Source of the DNA: a virus
Length of the DNA: 64,000 nt
Reading direction: 5' to 3' (one strand)
IMG/VR virus record: IMGVR_UViG_3300045988_126619
Span: 32,001-96,000 of that record
Shown: piece by piece, positions 63,852 to 64,000 of the stretch
Position numbering within the stretch: the stretch's first letter is position 1
Layout: each line of letters starts with the position of its first letter
The notes under the pieces: generated by a model
What the model saw: the letters and a program-made list of their open reading frames with translations, nothing else
Databases searched by the model: none
What the model was told of the DNA's origin: nothing
Translations under genes and position numbers: made by a program

Positions 63852-64000
63852 ATGTTGACAAATGAACAAATATTTTTACTAAAAAAACATAATATAAATC
63901 CTTCTAATGTTTTAAAAAACGATAATTTTTTATATAAATACACATATGTTGATATGGGTGGGTTATTGATATTAGATTTAATTGATATTGACGAACAATA
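63852..64000 (+). CDS. hypothetical protein (partial, runs off window)
   Basis: ATG 2 nt after the upstream stop; open to the window end. Confidence 0.4.
   Translation, partial: MLTNEQIFLLKKHNINPSNVLKNDNFLYKYTYVDMGGLLILDLIDIDEQ

Noticed and set aside
1-64000. Stating that this is Clostridium botulinum phage c-st or a named relative
   Set aside because: The gene content (TubZ/TubR, AT-richness) is suggestive, but identity cannot be established without a database search.

Overview
Very AT-rich, gene-dense segment that reads as a large Firmicute (Clostridium-like) phage or phage-plasmid. I cannot verify its identity without a database. Layout: (1) 1-30.6 kb, genes on the minus strand. These include a scaffold-like partial ORF, portal, a frame-broken large terminase, antirepressor, ClpP-like protease, metallophosphoesterase and a beta-CASP nuclease. 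They also include an HU-like protein, a minus-strand tRNA cluster holding a 908-nt ORF-free RNA candidate, and GIY-YIG nucleases. The rest of the block carries a 962-aa YonO-like two-barrel RNA polymerase candidate, NMN adenylyltransferase, a solo TnpB element, a UvrD-type helicase, nucleotide-metabolism genes and a DnaD-like replisome organiser. (2) 29.9-32.3 kb holds a type III partition locus: a divergent MerR/TubY-like gene, an 11-bp-periodic centromere, tubR and tubZ. (3) 32.4-41.2 kb, plus strand: paralogous helical and Cys-rich small proteins, a HicA-domain fusion, FolD, a GIY-YIG nuclease and an SF2 helicase. (4) 41.2-43.4 kb is a 2.2-kb non-coding, repeat-rich region with C-tract boxes, a bipartite TTGACA-N16-TTCTAA array and palindromes. 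(5) 43.4-64 kb is mostly plus strand: many small genes in promoter-led cassettes, a type I hammerhead ribozyme between two cistrons, a tyrosine recombinase, a ParB/DGQHR-like protein, a second SF2 helicase and a Phd/YefM-like protein. A 15-nt motif (ATAAAATAAATGATA, variant ATAAAATAAACAATA) recurs more than 40 times, always co-oriented with the downstream gene. The findings most worth a second look are the tRNA-flanked giant RNA candidate, the hammerhead, the YonO-like RNAP together with the recurring motif, and the bipartite repeat array. All functional calls come from motif recognition by eye, with no searches run.
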